Source: Candidatus Delongbacteria bacterium
GTDB taxonomy: Bacteria; CAIWAD01
Length of the DNA stretch: 64,000 nucleotides
Assembly (NCBI GenBank): GCA_963663545.1
Contig: OY760505.1
Location: forward strand, 2,528,001-2,592,000
Direction: 5' to 3'
Below the pieces are notes generated by a model. It ran no database searches. It was not told where the DNA came from and saw only the letters and a program-made list of their open reading frames with translations. Below are positions 49,325 through 59,714 of this stretch, piece by piece. Made by a program: the position numbers and the translations under genes. Each line of letters begins with the position of its first letter. Positions within the stretch are counted from its first letter, which is position 1.

Positions 49325-52300
49325 ATGAGATGGACAGTAACGCTCGCAGCGCTGGCATTCATTGCAACGTCAGCACTCTGTTTATAGACGAAGACCTACG
49401 ACCCAGCGGGGGGAGGGGACTTTACCACGATGACGGCTGCTATTAGCTGGCTAACAGCCTATCCAACGAATGCGGCAGTAGAGATGACCGCAGATTGGAA
49501 CAGCAATCTTGCCATCAACAATGGGTGCCACTACGCTGGTAGAATCGAGAAAACAATCCTCTGCAACGGCTACCGACTGGGGAAGGTAGTCACGATTACT
49601 GGCGCATCCAGCGGCGAAGAGAACCAGCTATACCTGGTCGATGGGACCATTGGTCTTCGTGAGTCTGACAGCGGGTGGTGTTCGCAGGGATATACCTTGG
49701 TGTGCAACCACGCGAACGTGTGTCTGCGCGATATGGAGATTTTGGGCCGCGACATCATGTCACCTAGCCAGTGCACGCGCGGTGGGTCAGGAGATCTGAT
49801 TCACATTAACGGATATTCCACATTCGAGTCGGCTGACCACGACACATTGTACACAAACTGGCCAGGGTGTGTTAAGGGAAGTGTAGATTTCATCGGCTGC
49901 ACCATCGGCTACAAGGTCTACTTCAACTCCTGTAGCACCACGGATTTCGCGGTCAAAGACTTCCTCTTTGCCGAGGATGCTCGCGTGCGCATCGAGGGCC
50001 TTGCCCTGCTGAGTAACACGACGAGACGCTTCTATGATTCCATGATCAACACCGAGGGCAGCCTGCTTTTCGTTACTCTCACGGATGCATTCACTGACCT
50101 GGTCGGTGTCAGCGGTGGTGGGGTGATCAATCAAGCGGCAGCTATCAGTTGCACGGGCAGTGCCGACGACGCCGGTGTTCCGTACCAGGTGTACGTCTAC
50201 GATGCGAAGTTTTTCAACTGCGATGGCGAGTGCGCTGGCGCGGTGTACTGTGGCCTGATGAATCCGGTTGGCACCTATCACTCCTGTTGCCAACTCGATA
50301 GCTCCAAGTTCGAGTACTGCGATGGTGGGAAGGCGGGCGCGATCGCCTTTTCCAATGTGGATGGCATCTCCCTTGGTTACAACAGCTTCACCTCGAACAC
50401 TAGCTCCACGACCGCAGACCATGGCGGTGGCGGCGCTGTATTTGTGGAGAGCGACAAGGAGATTTCTGCACCCAGAATTCAGAATTGCACCTTTACCAGC
50501 AACTCGTGTGCGATCGATTACGCGGGTGGCGCGGTTCAGGTCAACGACGCTGGTCTCTGGTTGACCGACACGCGATTTCTGGATAATGCGCGACGAACCG
50601 TCGTTGTCGATTCCGATAACACCAACGAGTTGATCCTGATTGACAACGTGAGCTTTGATCCTGATCCAACGTATCACACCTCTGGCCTTCGGATCCGTGC
50701 GGGTGTCGCACAGGACAGCTACATCCGCAACTGCTTGTTTGCTCCTACGATACCCACAGGTACTGGCTACACCTATTGCCTGGAGCTTGACATTGAACAG
50801 AACAGCCTGAATCCGACGCCCTTCTTGATTGACGGCGTCACGCTGGCTCGTGGAGGCACAGGCGTCCGATTCGACTCCAACGACCACGAGATTGAGCTGA
50901 AGAACTTGAGTTTACAGAATGTGTCGACCGGCATCCTGGCCAACAGCAGCAACCAGGCGAACGTGACGGTCGCGTACACAAATTTTGACACGGTTAGCCA
51001 ACCTGTCATACCCACCAACCTTGATAGGAGCCACACGTCTGCGCACAGTGCAAGTTTCGTCGGTGGCACAGGCCCCATCGAGGACCAATACGAGCTGCGC
51101 TGGGACAGCGCGTTATTGGATATTGGTGATCCCGAGAGCGAGTTGGACTACGACCTTTCACAGGCGAACATCGGCTGGTACAAGGAGCTGGAGACCGAAG
51201 AGCTTATCGCGAGCCAGGTTTCTGCTGGCAACTTGGATCGCAAGGTATATGAGATTACCGCCACGGACTGTGATCTCGTACTGAACACCGCTCTGCCTGT
51301 TGGATCTGTGCTTCGGGTTGCCGCAGGCAGCAGCTTGAGAATACGGCCACTTGCCCATGGCAACAGCTTGAAACTGGGTGATGAAGACGGACCACGCACG
51401 GCACTGGTAGGTGTTCAAAGTGAAGACGACCTAGACCCCTGCAATAAAATCGAGATTGGTGCCTACCGCGCAGACCCCTTCGCCAGTGTTTATCCAACCA
51501 CTCTGGTTGGCGTGTACTTCAGTTATGCCCCTGAAGAGGGCATTGCCTTCAACCATTGCGATCTGGAAGTGGTAGCACCTGAAGTCAGGTTCAACGATCA
51601 GGCTGGTACGGGCGAGGCTCTGATCGAGTACAAGTACAGCAAGGGCCGCATGCAGGGCCACAACTTGAACGGCACGCAGTTCGGTCGCGTGTATCAGTAC
51701 CGAAGCAGCGTGGATATGGCTGAGATCAGCTTCCCGGTGCTGATTGATGATGCTTGGTCGCTGTACACCTATCGCAACCACCAAACGGACAGCAGGATGG
51801 AATTCGACGACCTAGTCTTCCCGGGATCGAGACAGAATAACACCTATGATTCTGCCGTCGCGTACCTGTACCGGTCCACAATTGACCTCGATGGCTGCTC
51901 GTTCACCACTTCCAGCAACCAGAACACGCCCTTTGTCTACGAGAACCTCGCGACGCTGAACATGAGCAAGAATGCTCGCAATTCCTTTGACGATGACGGT
52001 CACAACTCCGTGAGTTCGCTCGTATACATGTATTACGGCGAGCTGAAGATGGATTGCGGGTACAACAGCTTCATCCGGCAGAACTACGTGCCGCCGCTCA
52101 ACACACCCACCTTCATCGGCTCCACCTCGGCAACCTGGACGCACGAGTACCTCGATTGGGGCATCAACTTCTGGGGAACCAGCTGCTCCGATTCTTACCC
52201 CATCAGCACGATCCTGACGAACTGGGATATCCCGAACTGGCAGAACCTGAGCGAATGGGGATCGCCACTGCAGCTCTCTACCTGCAACCAGGCTTACACC

Positions 52301-53131
52301 GGATGTAGTGGCACAGGGACCACACCAAGCATGATGCTTGCCGAGGCACAATCCTCGCTTGACGCGGGGGACGCAGAAGCTGCACTACTGACCGCCAGCG
52401 ATCTGATCCTGCAATATCCCAACAGCGTGGAGGCCTACGAGGCCACAGAGATGGTCAGTAGTATCGCCCTCGAGACCGAAACGGGGGCCCTGAACTATGC
52501 GGATGCCGTTGCCACCTTGGAGGCCGCCAGCGAGCAGACCGCCAGTACTGATCGTGGGCTGTCAACCATGCAGAGTACCGATGCCAAGCTTGTGGAAGCC
52601 CGCCACGGAGCCAGGAGTGAGGCGGTAGCCGCCCTGCAGCAGGTTGCCGAGACCAGCGCCGAACCCGTCGCGATCATGGCCGCCGAACTTGCCCTGCTTG
52701 AGATTGACACCTGGCCGGCAGAAGGCGGACTGGCAACGGCGAGCCCCGCACAGGCTGCAGCGCACACCCAGCGCATTCGCCAGGCTTCCAATGCTATTCG
52801 CGATTACCTCAAACCCGACATGACGGGTGCCGAGGAACAGGGTGCGCTGGAAGCACTGACCATGCCTGGTTCCATCTCCCTTGCCAGTGCCTTCCCGAAC
52901 CCCTTCAATCCCGTGACGATGGTGGAGTTCGGTATCAGTTCCCCGATCCAGGGAACAGTCAGCATCTACAATATGGTCGGTCAGCAGGTGGCAACCCTGT
53001 TTGATGGCCAGTTCGAGCAGGGACTGAACCGCGTGGCCTTTGACGGTTCACAGCTTGCCAGTGGCGTGTATCTGGTCTCGATCCAGACGCCGCAGGATCA
53101 CGCGATCCTCAAGACTCTGCTACTCAAGTAA
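49325..53131 (+). pseudogene. Large secreted beta-helix-type protein with C-terminal sorting domain, with in-frame TAG at 49385-49387 (1233 aa ORF remains from 49430)
   Basis: RBS+ATG 49325 gives signal peptide MRWTVTLAALAFIATSALCL*, in frame with TKTYDPAGGGDFTTMTAAI and ORF 49430..53131; GGAV/NCTFTSN repeats; FPNPFNP...KTLLLK. Confidence 0.75.
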
Positions 53132-53176
53132 CCCAGTATAGGAGGGGTGGCAGCCTGTGTGCCACCCCATTTCATC

Positions 53177-55693
53177 ATGCGTTGTTTTGCCCTTGCTTTC
53201 TTGTTGTGCGCCAGCGCCACCATGGCCCGCGTGCTGCACGTGCCTGCGGAGTACACCGAATTGCAGCTTGCCTTGGACGCCTGTCAGGAGGCCGACACCG
53301 TGCTGGTGGCACGCGGCACCTACTACGGGCAGTTTCTGCTGCCCGAGTGCAGTGTACACCTGTACTCGCACCATGTGCTGACCGGAGACACGCTGGATGT
53401 GGAAGAGACCATTCTGGATGGCGAGTACGGTGGTACTGTTGTGACGGGAGTGTATGGGGAGGTTGAGTATGACCTGCAGGGGTTCACAGTTCGCCACGGA
53501 CAAGGGCATTATTACGGTAACGTGGTGCACTCAGCGGGCGGCCTGCAATTCGACTATTGCACGACCTTTCGCATCGATCATTGCGTGATCCGGGATTGCC
53601 AAACCGATGGATACTCTGGCGCTGCCATCAATCAAGAGCAGGAAGCGCTGCCACTTCCTCGGCGCTGCCAAATCACCCACAGTACCCTGGTTGACATCCA
53701 GCAACTCCGCTCTGCAAACGACGAGTTCGGGGCCGTCTACGCGTTTGCTGATTCCGTGTATGTGAGGAATCTGAAGGCATATACGGTGACAACGGAGGGT
53801 TTCTGTGTTCTCAATAGTGGTGCGTTCGGTTATCTGGAATGCAGCGGTATTACGATACGCAATATGCACATCGATCAAGGCATGTTTTTGAATGGCTGGT
53901 CGGAGATGGGCTGCCACTTTCAAGACATCAGCATGACCAACTGCTCCATCTCCGCCCCCTGGAACGACGGCTTCGGCGGGATGGCGCGCTTCTGCGATCT
54001 TCACTCCGACACCCTGCTCATGACAATCCGCAACCTGACTTTGGATAACTGCAGGCGCACCGGGCACCAGGGTGCGCAGGCACCCGGTAGCGGCGCCGCC
54101 TGCAGTATCACAGCCATGCACCTGGACGCGGATTCGATCCTCTTTCGCAACTGCCACACAGATTTTGGTGGCCTGATGGAAATCGGTGATATGTATGCCA
54201 TTGAAGAGAGATGGGTGGACCGGATACGCAATCTGCGCGTGGAGGGCTGTACCTACGGGCAAGAGGAGTTCGTGGGCGATCCGGAGAACGATGAGACAAT
54301 TGGCAATCTGATCTCAACAGGCGGGGTTGATCTTGTGGACTGTCTGTTTCTGGATAACGTGGGCATTGGCAACGCGCTGCCCGTGGGTCCTACTGGCCCA
54401 AGCAACTACGTCTACAGTCTGCTGTGGGCCTTCACAGGCTCTCTGGATACGTTGCGCCTGACACGCCTGCAATTTGTGAACAACCTGGTGATCGATCGCG
54501 ACACGTATTCCCCTGGACGTGGCTGGCTCCCCAATCTGGGCCGAGCCATGAACATACATGCAGGGAATTCAGGCAATCCCCTGATCATCATGGACAGCTG
54601 CCAGTTTGTCGAGCAGCGCCAGCCTAACTGGATCCCCGAGCGGGACGACGACACGATGATCAACGAGTGTGGCAACGTCCTGTACGTGCGCGGCGAAGCA
54701 AGTCTGCTGATGCGCAACTGCCTGTTTCAAGGGATCGACGATGGGGGGTTATATGCCTTTGTGGAAGGCGATGCAACCATACAGAACTGTCAATTTCTTG
54801 ATGTAGATCGCGCTACCTGTTTGTTTGCGGCCAAGTGCCTGGATTCGGGTGCAGGGGGCGCGGTTCGTATAGAGAATCTGTACCTAAGAGGTGGCCAACA
54901 ATACGACTGTTACCATCCGACCCGATGGCACAGTTGGCAGGTGACCCTTCGTGTTGCTTCGGGGATCGGTGCTACGGTTCGTAACTGTACGTTCGCAAAC
55001 AACAACCCGGTCACTATGTTTGGGTATCAGGACCTCGTCTCGGAGGTAATTGGCGCTGAGGTTGTCACGAACTGTCTGTTCACGGGGAACCAGTATGATT
55101 ACTGGATTCCGCACTGGAGTGATCAGGACGTGATGTTTTTCAACAACTGTCTGCTTCAGGAAGCCATTCCCGGCGAGAACAACCTGATTGGCCTTGACCC
55201 ACGCTTCGACCCCGTTCTTGGTGCGCCCTTCCTGGCCCCCAATTCCCCCTGCATCGACGCTGGCGATCCTGGTGACCACTACAACGACGTAGCCGATCCC
55301 AGCGCCCCGGACTTTGCCCTCTGGCCCTCGCAGGGCAGTCTGCGCAACGACATCGGGTACACGGGCGGGCCCTACGCCGCCGTGCAGGAGTTTGTGGGGC
55401 TTTCCCCCCAGGTGGATCCAGTGCTTCCCACTTCCCCCACGCTGGGCGAGGCCTATCCGAATCCCTTCAATCCGGTGACCACCATCCCCTTCACGCTGCC
55501 CCAGGCTGGCCACTTCACCCTGCAGGTCTACAACCTGCGCGGCCAGCTGGTGCAGACCCTGGCCAACACCGACTTTGCCGCAGGCGAGCACCGCGTGCGC
55601 TTTGATGGACGTGCGCTGGCTAGCGGAGTGTATCTGGTGCGCCTGGCTGGACCACGTTGTTCTTCAGTGAAGAAGGTGCTGCTGGTGAAGTGA
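53177..55693 (+). CDS. Secreted right-handed beta-helix protein with C-terminal sorting domain
   Basis: Signal peptide; VLHVPAEY...DTVLVARGTYY; SPCIDAGDP...RNDIGYTGG; YPNPFNP...KVLLVK; start 53147 or 53177. Confidence 0.85.
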   Translation: MRCFALAFLLCASATMARVLHVPAEYTELQLALDACQEADTVLVARGTYYGQFLLPECSVHLYSHHVLTGDTLDVEETILDGEYGGTVVTGVYGEVEYDLQGFTVRHGQGHYYGNVVHSAGGLQFDYCTTFRIDHCVIRDCQTDGYSGAAINQEQEALPLPRRCQITHSTLVDIQQLRSANDEFGAVYAFADSVYVRNLKAYTVTTEGFCVLNSGAFGYLECSGITIRNMHIDQGMFLNGWSEMGCHFQDISMTNCSISAPWNDGFGGMARFCDLHSDTLLMTIRNLTLDNCRRTGHQGAQAPGSGAACSITAMHLDADSILFRNCHTDFGGLMEIGDMYAIEERWVDRIRNLRVEGCTYGQEEFVGDPENDETIGNLISTGGVDLVDCLFLDNVGIGNALPVGPTGPSNYVYSLLWAFTGSLDTLRLTRLQFVNNLVIDRDTYSPGRGWLPNLGRAMNIHAGNSGNPLIIMDSCQFVEQRQPNWIPERDDDTMINECGNVLYVRGEASLLMRNCLFQGIDDGGLYAFVEGDATIQNCQFLDVDRATCLFAAKCLDSGAGGAVRIENLYLRGGQQYDCYHPTRWHSWQVTLRVASGIGATVRNCTFANNNPVTMFGYQDLVSEVIGAEVVTNCLFTGNQYDYWIPHWSDQDVMFFNNCLLQEAIPGENNLIGLDPRFDPVLGAPFLAPNSPCIDAGDPGDHYNDVADPSAPDFALWPSQGSLRNDIGYTGGPYAAVQEFVGLSPQVDPVLPTSPTLGEAYPNPFNPVTTIPFTLPQAGHFTLQVYNLRGQLVQTLANTDFAAGEHRVRFDGRALASGVYLVRLAGPRCSSVKKVLLVK

Positions 55694-55789
55694 ACTCACT
55701 CAGGTGGGTGTGGGATTTGCGTTACCGACACTCCCAAGGCATCCGGCCACAGCCGCCTGATGGAACGCAGAGTACCGTTCTCATTGAGA

Positions 55790-56641
55790 TCAGCTTTGGT
55801 CAGCAGACTTCGGCACCCCATGTTTCAGGACTTCTTCTGTGGCGTGCTCTACGCTTTCGCGCACTGGTTCCAAAGCAAGCCGTGCATAGATCTCCGTGGT
55901 CACTTTTAATTCGTGTCCCAGGGTCTTTTAAATGACGTCCAGCGGCGATCCTGTGTCAATTTGGAACGAGGCCAGGCTACGGCGCAGATCGTGAATGTGC
56001 AGATTGTCCAACCCAGCACGCTTGCAGATGCGGCTCCATCCTGACTTGATCTCAACCATGTGAACCTTCTTTCGACCCGATCGGCCAGGTAAGACATCGT
56101 CGCCTCGCTTGGCAACCAGTCGCTGCCTCAAAATGCGTATTGCAGCCTGGGGCAGGATCACGTTTAGCTGCCGACTTGACTTCGAGGATGCTGCAGGAAT
56201 CACTCCCACACCGCGTTCCAAGGAGACATTCGACCAACACATAGCTAGCTGATTGCTTCTTCGAGCTCCCGTGAATAGCGCCAGTAGCACGAAGTCGCGG
56301 ATATCGGTATTGACATCTGCCTGCACAGCCTGGAAGAATGCTGGCAGCTCTTCCACCGACAGGCGACGCGTGCGGTCCTCCTCGCGGTTGAAGGTGATTC
56401 CGTTGGCAGGGTTTGGAATGTCTAGCTCATGATCGCGGATGGCTCGGTTGATCACAGCCCTCAGCAGCGCCACAACACGGTTGGCCTGGTGCTTCCCGTG
56501 GTTGTCACCGATGGCCTGGTGCATGGCTACAACCTCGCGCCGGCGGATGGACTTAATCGGACGGGCAGACCATGCCGAGAGGAACCGGGCCCGTTGCATC
56601 CTGTATTCGTGAAAAGTCTTCGGTTTGCGATGGCGATCCAA
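55790..56641 (-). pseudogene. Tyrosine integrase pseudogene
   Basis: LALFTGARRS, HIHDLRRS; in-frame TAA at 55928-55930 before KTLGH...TTEIYARL; next stop at 55790; N-terminal domain missing. Confidence 0.9.
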
Positions 56642-56665
56642 AGCCTCTGTTTCGCAGTAGTGTTA

Positions 56666-56710
56666 ACTCTTACTCAGTTGGTTCGGGGTTCGAGTCCCTG
56701 ATGGAGCATC
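56666..56710 (+). repeat. att core copy (distal tRNA-Lys 3' fragment)
   Basis: ACTCTTACTCAGTTGGTTCGGGGTTCGAGTCCCTGATGGAGCATC. Confidence 0.92.
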
Positions 56711-56867
56711 AAAGGTCGCACAAGCGGCCTTTTGTTTTGCCTACTGTGAATACTCAGCACCTACAACTTCCGAACAAACTATAACAACCCTATTTCACGA
56801 ATCCGGTTCAGTTTGGGTTTTCCATTCCCGATAGAGCACACACTGGTTAAAAAAATCGGGAAGCAGT

Positions 56868-57764
56868 ATGGACCTCAAGACGATCAGCCAACTTGTGAGC
56901 CAGGTGCGAAGCATGCCGACCATGTCGCCCATCGCCCTGCGCCTTTTATCCTTGAGTGCTGACGACGATCACGATTTGCGTGAGATGGTGGAGTTGATCA
57001 AGAGCGACACGTTTTTGACCATGCAGATCCTCAAGGTCGCCAATTCCGCCGCCCATAGCACGGGTCGTCAGGTGAATTCGCTGACGCGCGCGGTTGTGGC
57101 ACTGGGTAGCAATCTGGTGGTAGGAATCGCCCTGAAGTCCTGCGCGCCGGGCATGTTCAGCACCCGGCTGATCGCCTACAATTCCGACGAAAGCAAGCTC
57201 TGGGAGCACAGCCTCTACGTCGGTCTAGCCTCCAAGCAGATCGCCCAGCAAATGGCCGGCGGCTGCAACCCCGAAATGGCATTTACTGCGGGGCTCTTGC
57301 ACGATGTGGGCAAGGTGGTCATGGACCAACTTTTCCAACAGGTGCAGCGGCCCAGCATTGGTTTGCACGAAGTGCGTCGCCAGGCAATGTGTGCGCTGGA
57401 GCGTGAGGCGCTAGGGCTGGATCATGCGACCTTAGGCTACTGGTTGGCTAACCACTGGAGCCTGCCGCCTGAGCTGGGACAGCCGATGCTGTATCACCAT
57501 AATCCCAATGAAGCTCCAGAGGAGCTGGTGCGCTTGTGTAGCGCTATCCATTACGGTGACTTGATGGCGCATCGGGCAGGCTATTGCGCAGAAGGCCGTA
57601 GCGACGAGATGAAGGACACTACACCAGTGACCGGAGCCCGCATGCAGGCCATCATGACGGATGTGACCACACAGTTTGAGGTGATCCGTGAAGCTGTGCT
57701 GGGGTCGAGCGGCGAGGAGGAGCATACTTCTTCGCAGCACGAGGCCCAAGGACTAGCTTCCTGA
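56868..57764 (+). CDS. HDOD domain protein
   Basis: MPTMS...ILKVANSA, LWEHS, AGLLHDVGK, DHATLG...WSLP...YHH. Confidence 0.92.
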   Translation: MDLKTISQLVSQVRSMPTMSPIALRLLSLSADDDHDLREMVELIKSDTFLTMQILKVANSAAHSTGRQVNSLTRAVVALGSNLVVGIALKSCAPGMFSTRLIAYNSDESKLWEHSLYVGLASKQIAQQMAGGCNPEMAFTAGLLHDVGKVVMDQLFQQVQRPSIGLHEVRRQAMCALEREALGLDHATLGYWLANHWSLPPELGQPMLYHHNPNEAPEELVRLCSAIHYGDLMAHRAGYCAEGRSDEMKDTTPVTGARMQAIMTDVTTQFEVIREAVLGSSGEEEHTSSQHEAQGLAS

Positions 57765-57868
57765 GCTGCTTGCTTTGACTAGAGGAGGAAGCCCCATCCA
57801 ATCGGGTGGGGCCTGTCCTGTGGCCCGTTTCACATCGAGACGGGCCACTACTTTTTACTGGAGGTAAC

Positions 57869-59293
57869 TCAGCGCTGGTAGAGCAGCTTCGTTGTCTGCC
57901 TTCCGGCAGAACCGTCCGCCAGCAGCAGATAGACACCGGAAGCAAGCTGCCCGGGATTCCATTTAAGCCTGTTCAGTCCCGAGTTCATCAAACCATCGTG
58001 CAGGCGGGTGACGCATTGTCCGCGCAAGTTGTACACGCCCACAGTCATCCGGCTGGTTTCCGGCAGCACCAACTCAATTGTTGTAGAAGGGTTAAAGGGG
58101 TTGGGATAGGCGCTCAGCGCGAACTCGAAGGGCTGTTCCTCAACGCCGGCCACACTTCCTTCCTGGAAGCGCCAGATGTAGAAACCGCTATCTCGCTGGC
58201 AGAATAGCAGTTCGCAAAGGCCGTCATTGTCTGCGTCGGCAATGCAGCAATCGCCGTTGGCCAGCCCGGGCATCTCGCCGCTTTGCCAGATTTCGCTGGC
58301 CGAACTTCCGTCGAAAGAAAACAGATGAACGCGCGCATCCGCAGGAGCGCCTGTCTGATAGCCGGAGAAAACGGCGATCTGGTGTCGTCCATCGCCTAGC
58401 AATGGACCCAGCGCTGGTCCGTGAGTGGAAAGGCCCGCATCCCAGTTCCACACCTCTTCGTAGACAAGGCCATTCCAGCGCGCCAGGGTCAAGTCGTCAC
58501 GGCCCCCGCGATCGTAGGTAGAGCTGACGATGACTTCGTTCAACCCGTCCTGGTCGGGGTCGCCGCAGATTGCGGTAACAGCACCATAGTAGCCGCTGTC
58601 AAACTGCAGTTGATACTCCTCGTCGCCGTATTCGTAGACGCGCCAATCCCAGTAGCTCCAGTTGCCGCAGCCAGCAAGCAGTTCATTCTGGCCATCGTTG
58701 TCGGTATCACCAATGAAACTGCTGCGAAAATCATTGCCGCCGGTGCTCCAACTCAGCGCCCAGGAATTCGCTCCGGCTTGCTCATAGACACGCAACTGGC
58801 GCGAATACCAGTCCACGGCGATGCAGAGCTCATTCTGGCCATCATTGTCCACGTCTCCGACGGAGACAGCGCGTTCCCGGCGCAGTGTGCTGAAACCGCT
58901 GCTCCAGATGCAGTGGGTGTCCGATAGCTCGCTGCTGGAATCATAGATGTAGAGTGCGCCGCCCAGATCGCCACTGTCGCTGGAGATCAATAACTCCTGC
59001 TGTCCGTCGTTATCCACATCGGCAAACAGAGGATACACCTTGTCCGCGCTGAAGGCTTGTTCCCAGATCTTGACCAGTGTGCCGTTGACCAGGTGGTACA
59101 GTTTGCACTTGGCCTGACTCGAGGAACTGTAGTAGCCCACGGCCACTTCCTGCAGACCGTCGTGATCCAGGTCGCCGACAGCGGCCTTGCAAGCCGCGCC
59201 CGACTGGTAGCACACCAAATTGGCCGCGGGCTCGGCCAGCACTTTGCCTGTCCATGCCAAAACAAAAAGGGAAGCGAGCAATGCGCGTCGCAT
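57869..59293 (-). CDS. FG-GAP/VCBS repeat protein with C-terminal sorting domain
   Basis: Repeated GDxDxDGxxEL motifs; YPNPFNPST...KLLYQR; signal peptide. Confidence 0.9.
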   Translation of the reverse strand: MRRALLASLFVLAWTGKVLAEPAANLVCYQSGAACKAAVGDLDHDGLQEVAVGYYSSSSQAKCKLYHLVNGTLVKIWEQAFSADKVYPLFADVDNDGQQELLISSDSGDLGGALYIYDSSSELSDTHCIWSSGFSTLRRERAVSVGDVDNDGQNELCIAVDWYSRQLRVYEQAGANSWALSWSTGGNDFRSSFIGDTDNDGQNELLAGCGNWSYWDWRVYEYGDEEYQLQFDSGYYGAVTAICGDPDQDGLNEVIVSSTYDRGGRDDLTLARWNGLVYEEVWNWDAGLSTHGPALGPLLGDGRHQIAVFSGYQTGAPADARVHLFSFDGSSASEIWQSGEMPGLANGDCCIADADNDGLCELLFCQRDSGFYIWRFQEGSVAGVEEQPFEFALSAYPNPFNPSTTIELVLPETSRMTVGVYNLRGQCVTRLHDGLMNSGLNRLKWNPGQLASGVYLLLADGSAGRQTTKLLYQR

Positions 59294-59416
59294 TTCTCCT
59301 CCTGTTGCCCAACGCCTTTGACCAGCCGGGGCAGGCCTAAGCCGGGCGGATAGGTTCTGTTTGCCTGCGGATGCAGTTTAGGGGCACAATCGCGCGGCAC
59401 GCGATCCAAGATACTG

Positions 59417-59432
59417 TGCAAATTTCCTGCCA
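59417..59432 (-). promoter_or_regulatory. Putative sigma-54 promoter
   Basis: Minus strand TGGCAG-GAAAT-TTGCA upstream of the FG-GAP gene. Confidence 0.45.
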
Positions 59433-59663
59433 GCGTGCATGTTCGCCGCGGTTCCTGATTCAAAGCTGTTCTGTTTCGCAGAAGCGCCGCAGCAGGAGTC
59501 AAAAGGTGAAAATTCTTCACCAGGATGAGGCTCGCTCACCAGATTCATGCGGCTTCTTCACCACAGCTTCAGGTAAGTGCTGGTACCTTGGGGCTTGTGA
59601 AATGCGGAAAGATGGAGCAAAAGGCGCTTGCATCCTTGCATAAAAAGTGCATTTATATCGCCC

Positions 59664-59685
59664 GTTTCAAATGACGATTTTAAAC
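59664..59685. promoter_or_regulatory. Putative TetR operator
   Basis: Imperfect inverted repeat GTTTCAAAT-GACG-ATTTTAAAC upstream of the TetR gene. Confidence 0.5.
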
Positions 59686-59714
59686 ACTGAGTTGATTCAA
59701 CAGGAGATAGAACC

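Larger units (their letters stand above)
48159..56710. mobile_element. Decayed genomic island / prophage remnant integrated in tRNA-Lys
   Basis: Flanking 45 bp att repeats, integrase pseudogene, IS3, transglycosylase and second recombinase fragments. Confidence 0.9.

Noticed and set aside
48900..49400. Stop-codon recoding (TAG as sense) in the island
   Set aside because: Host genes end in TAG (10928, 14760, 16452), the long island ORFs show no further internal TAG, and the integrase lesion is TAA; decay is simpler
56600..56710. Integrase split by the att site and restored on excision
   Set aside because: In-frame TAA at 56663-56665 next to the core, and the other island end is a terminator hairpin rather than a coding start
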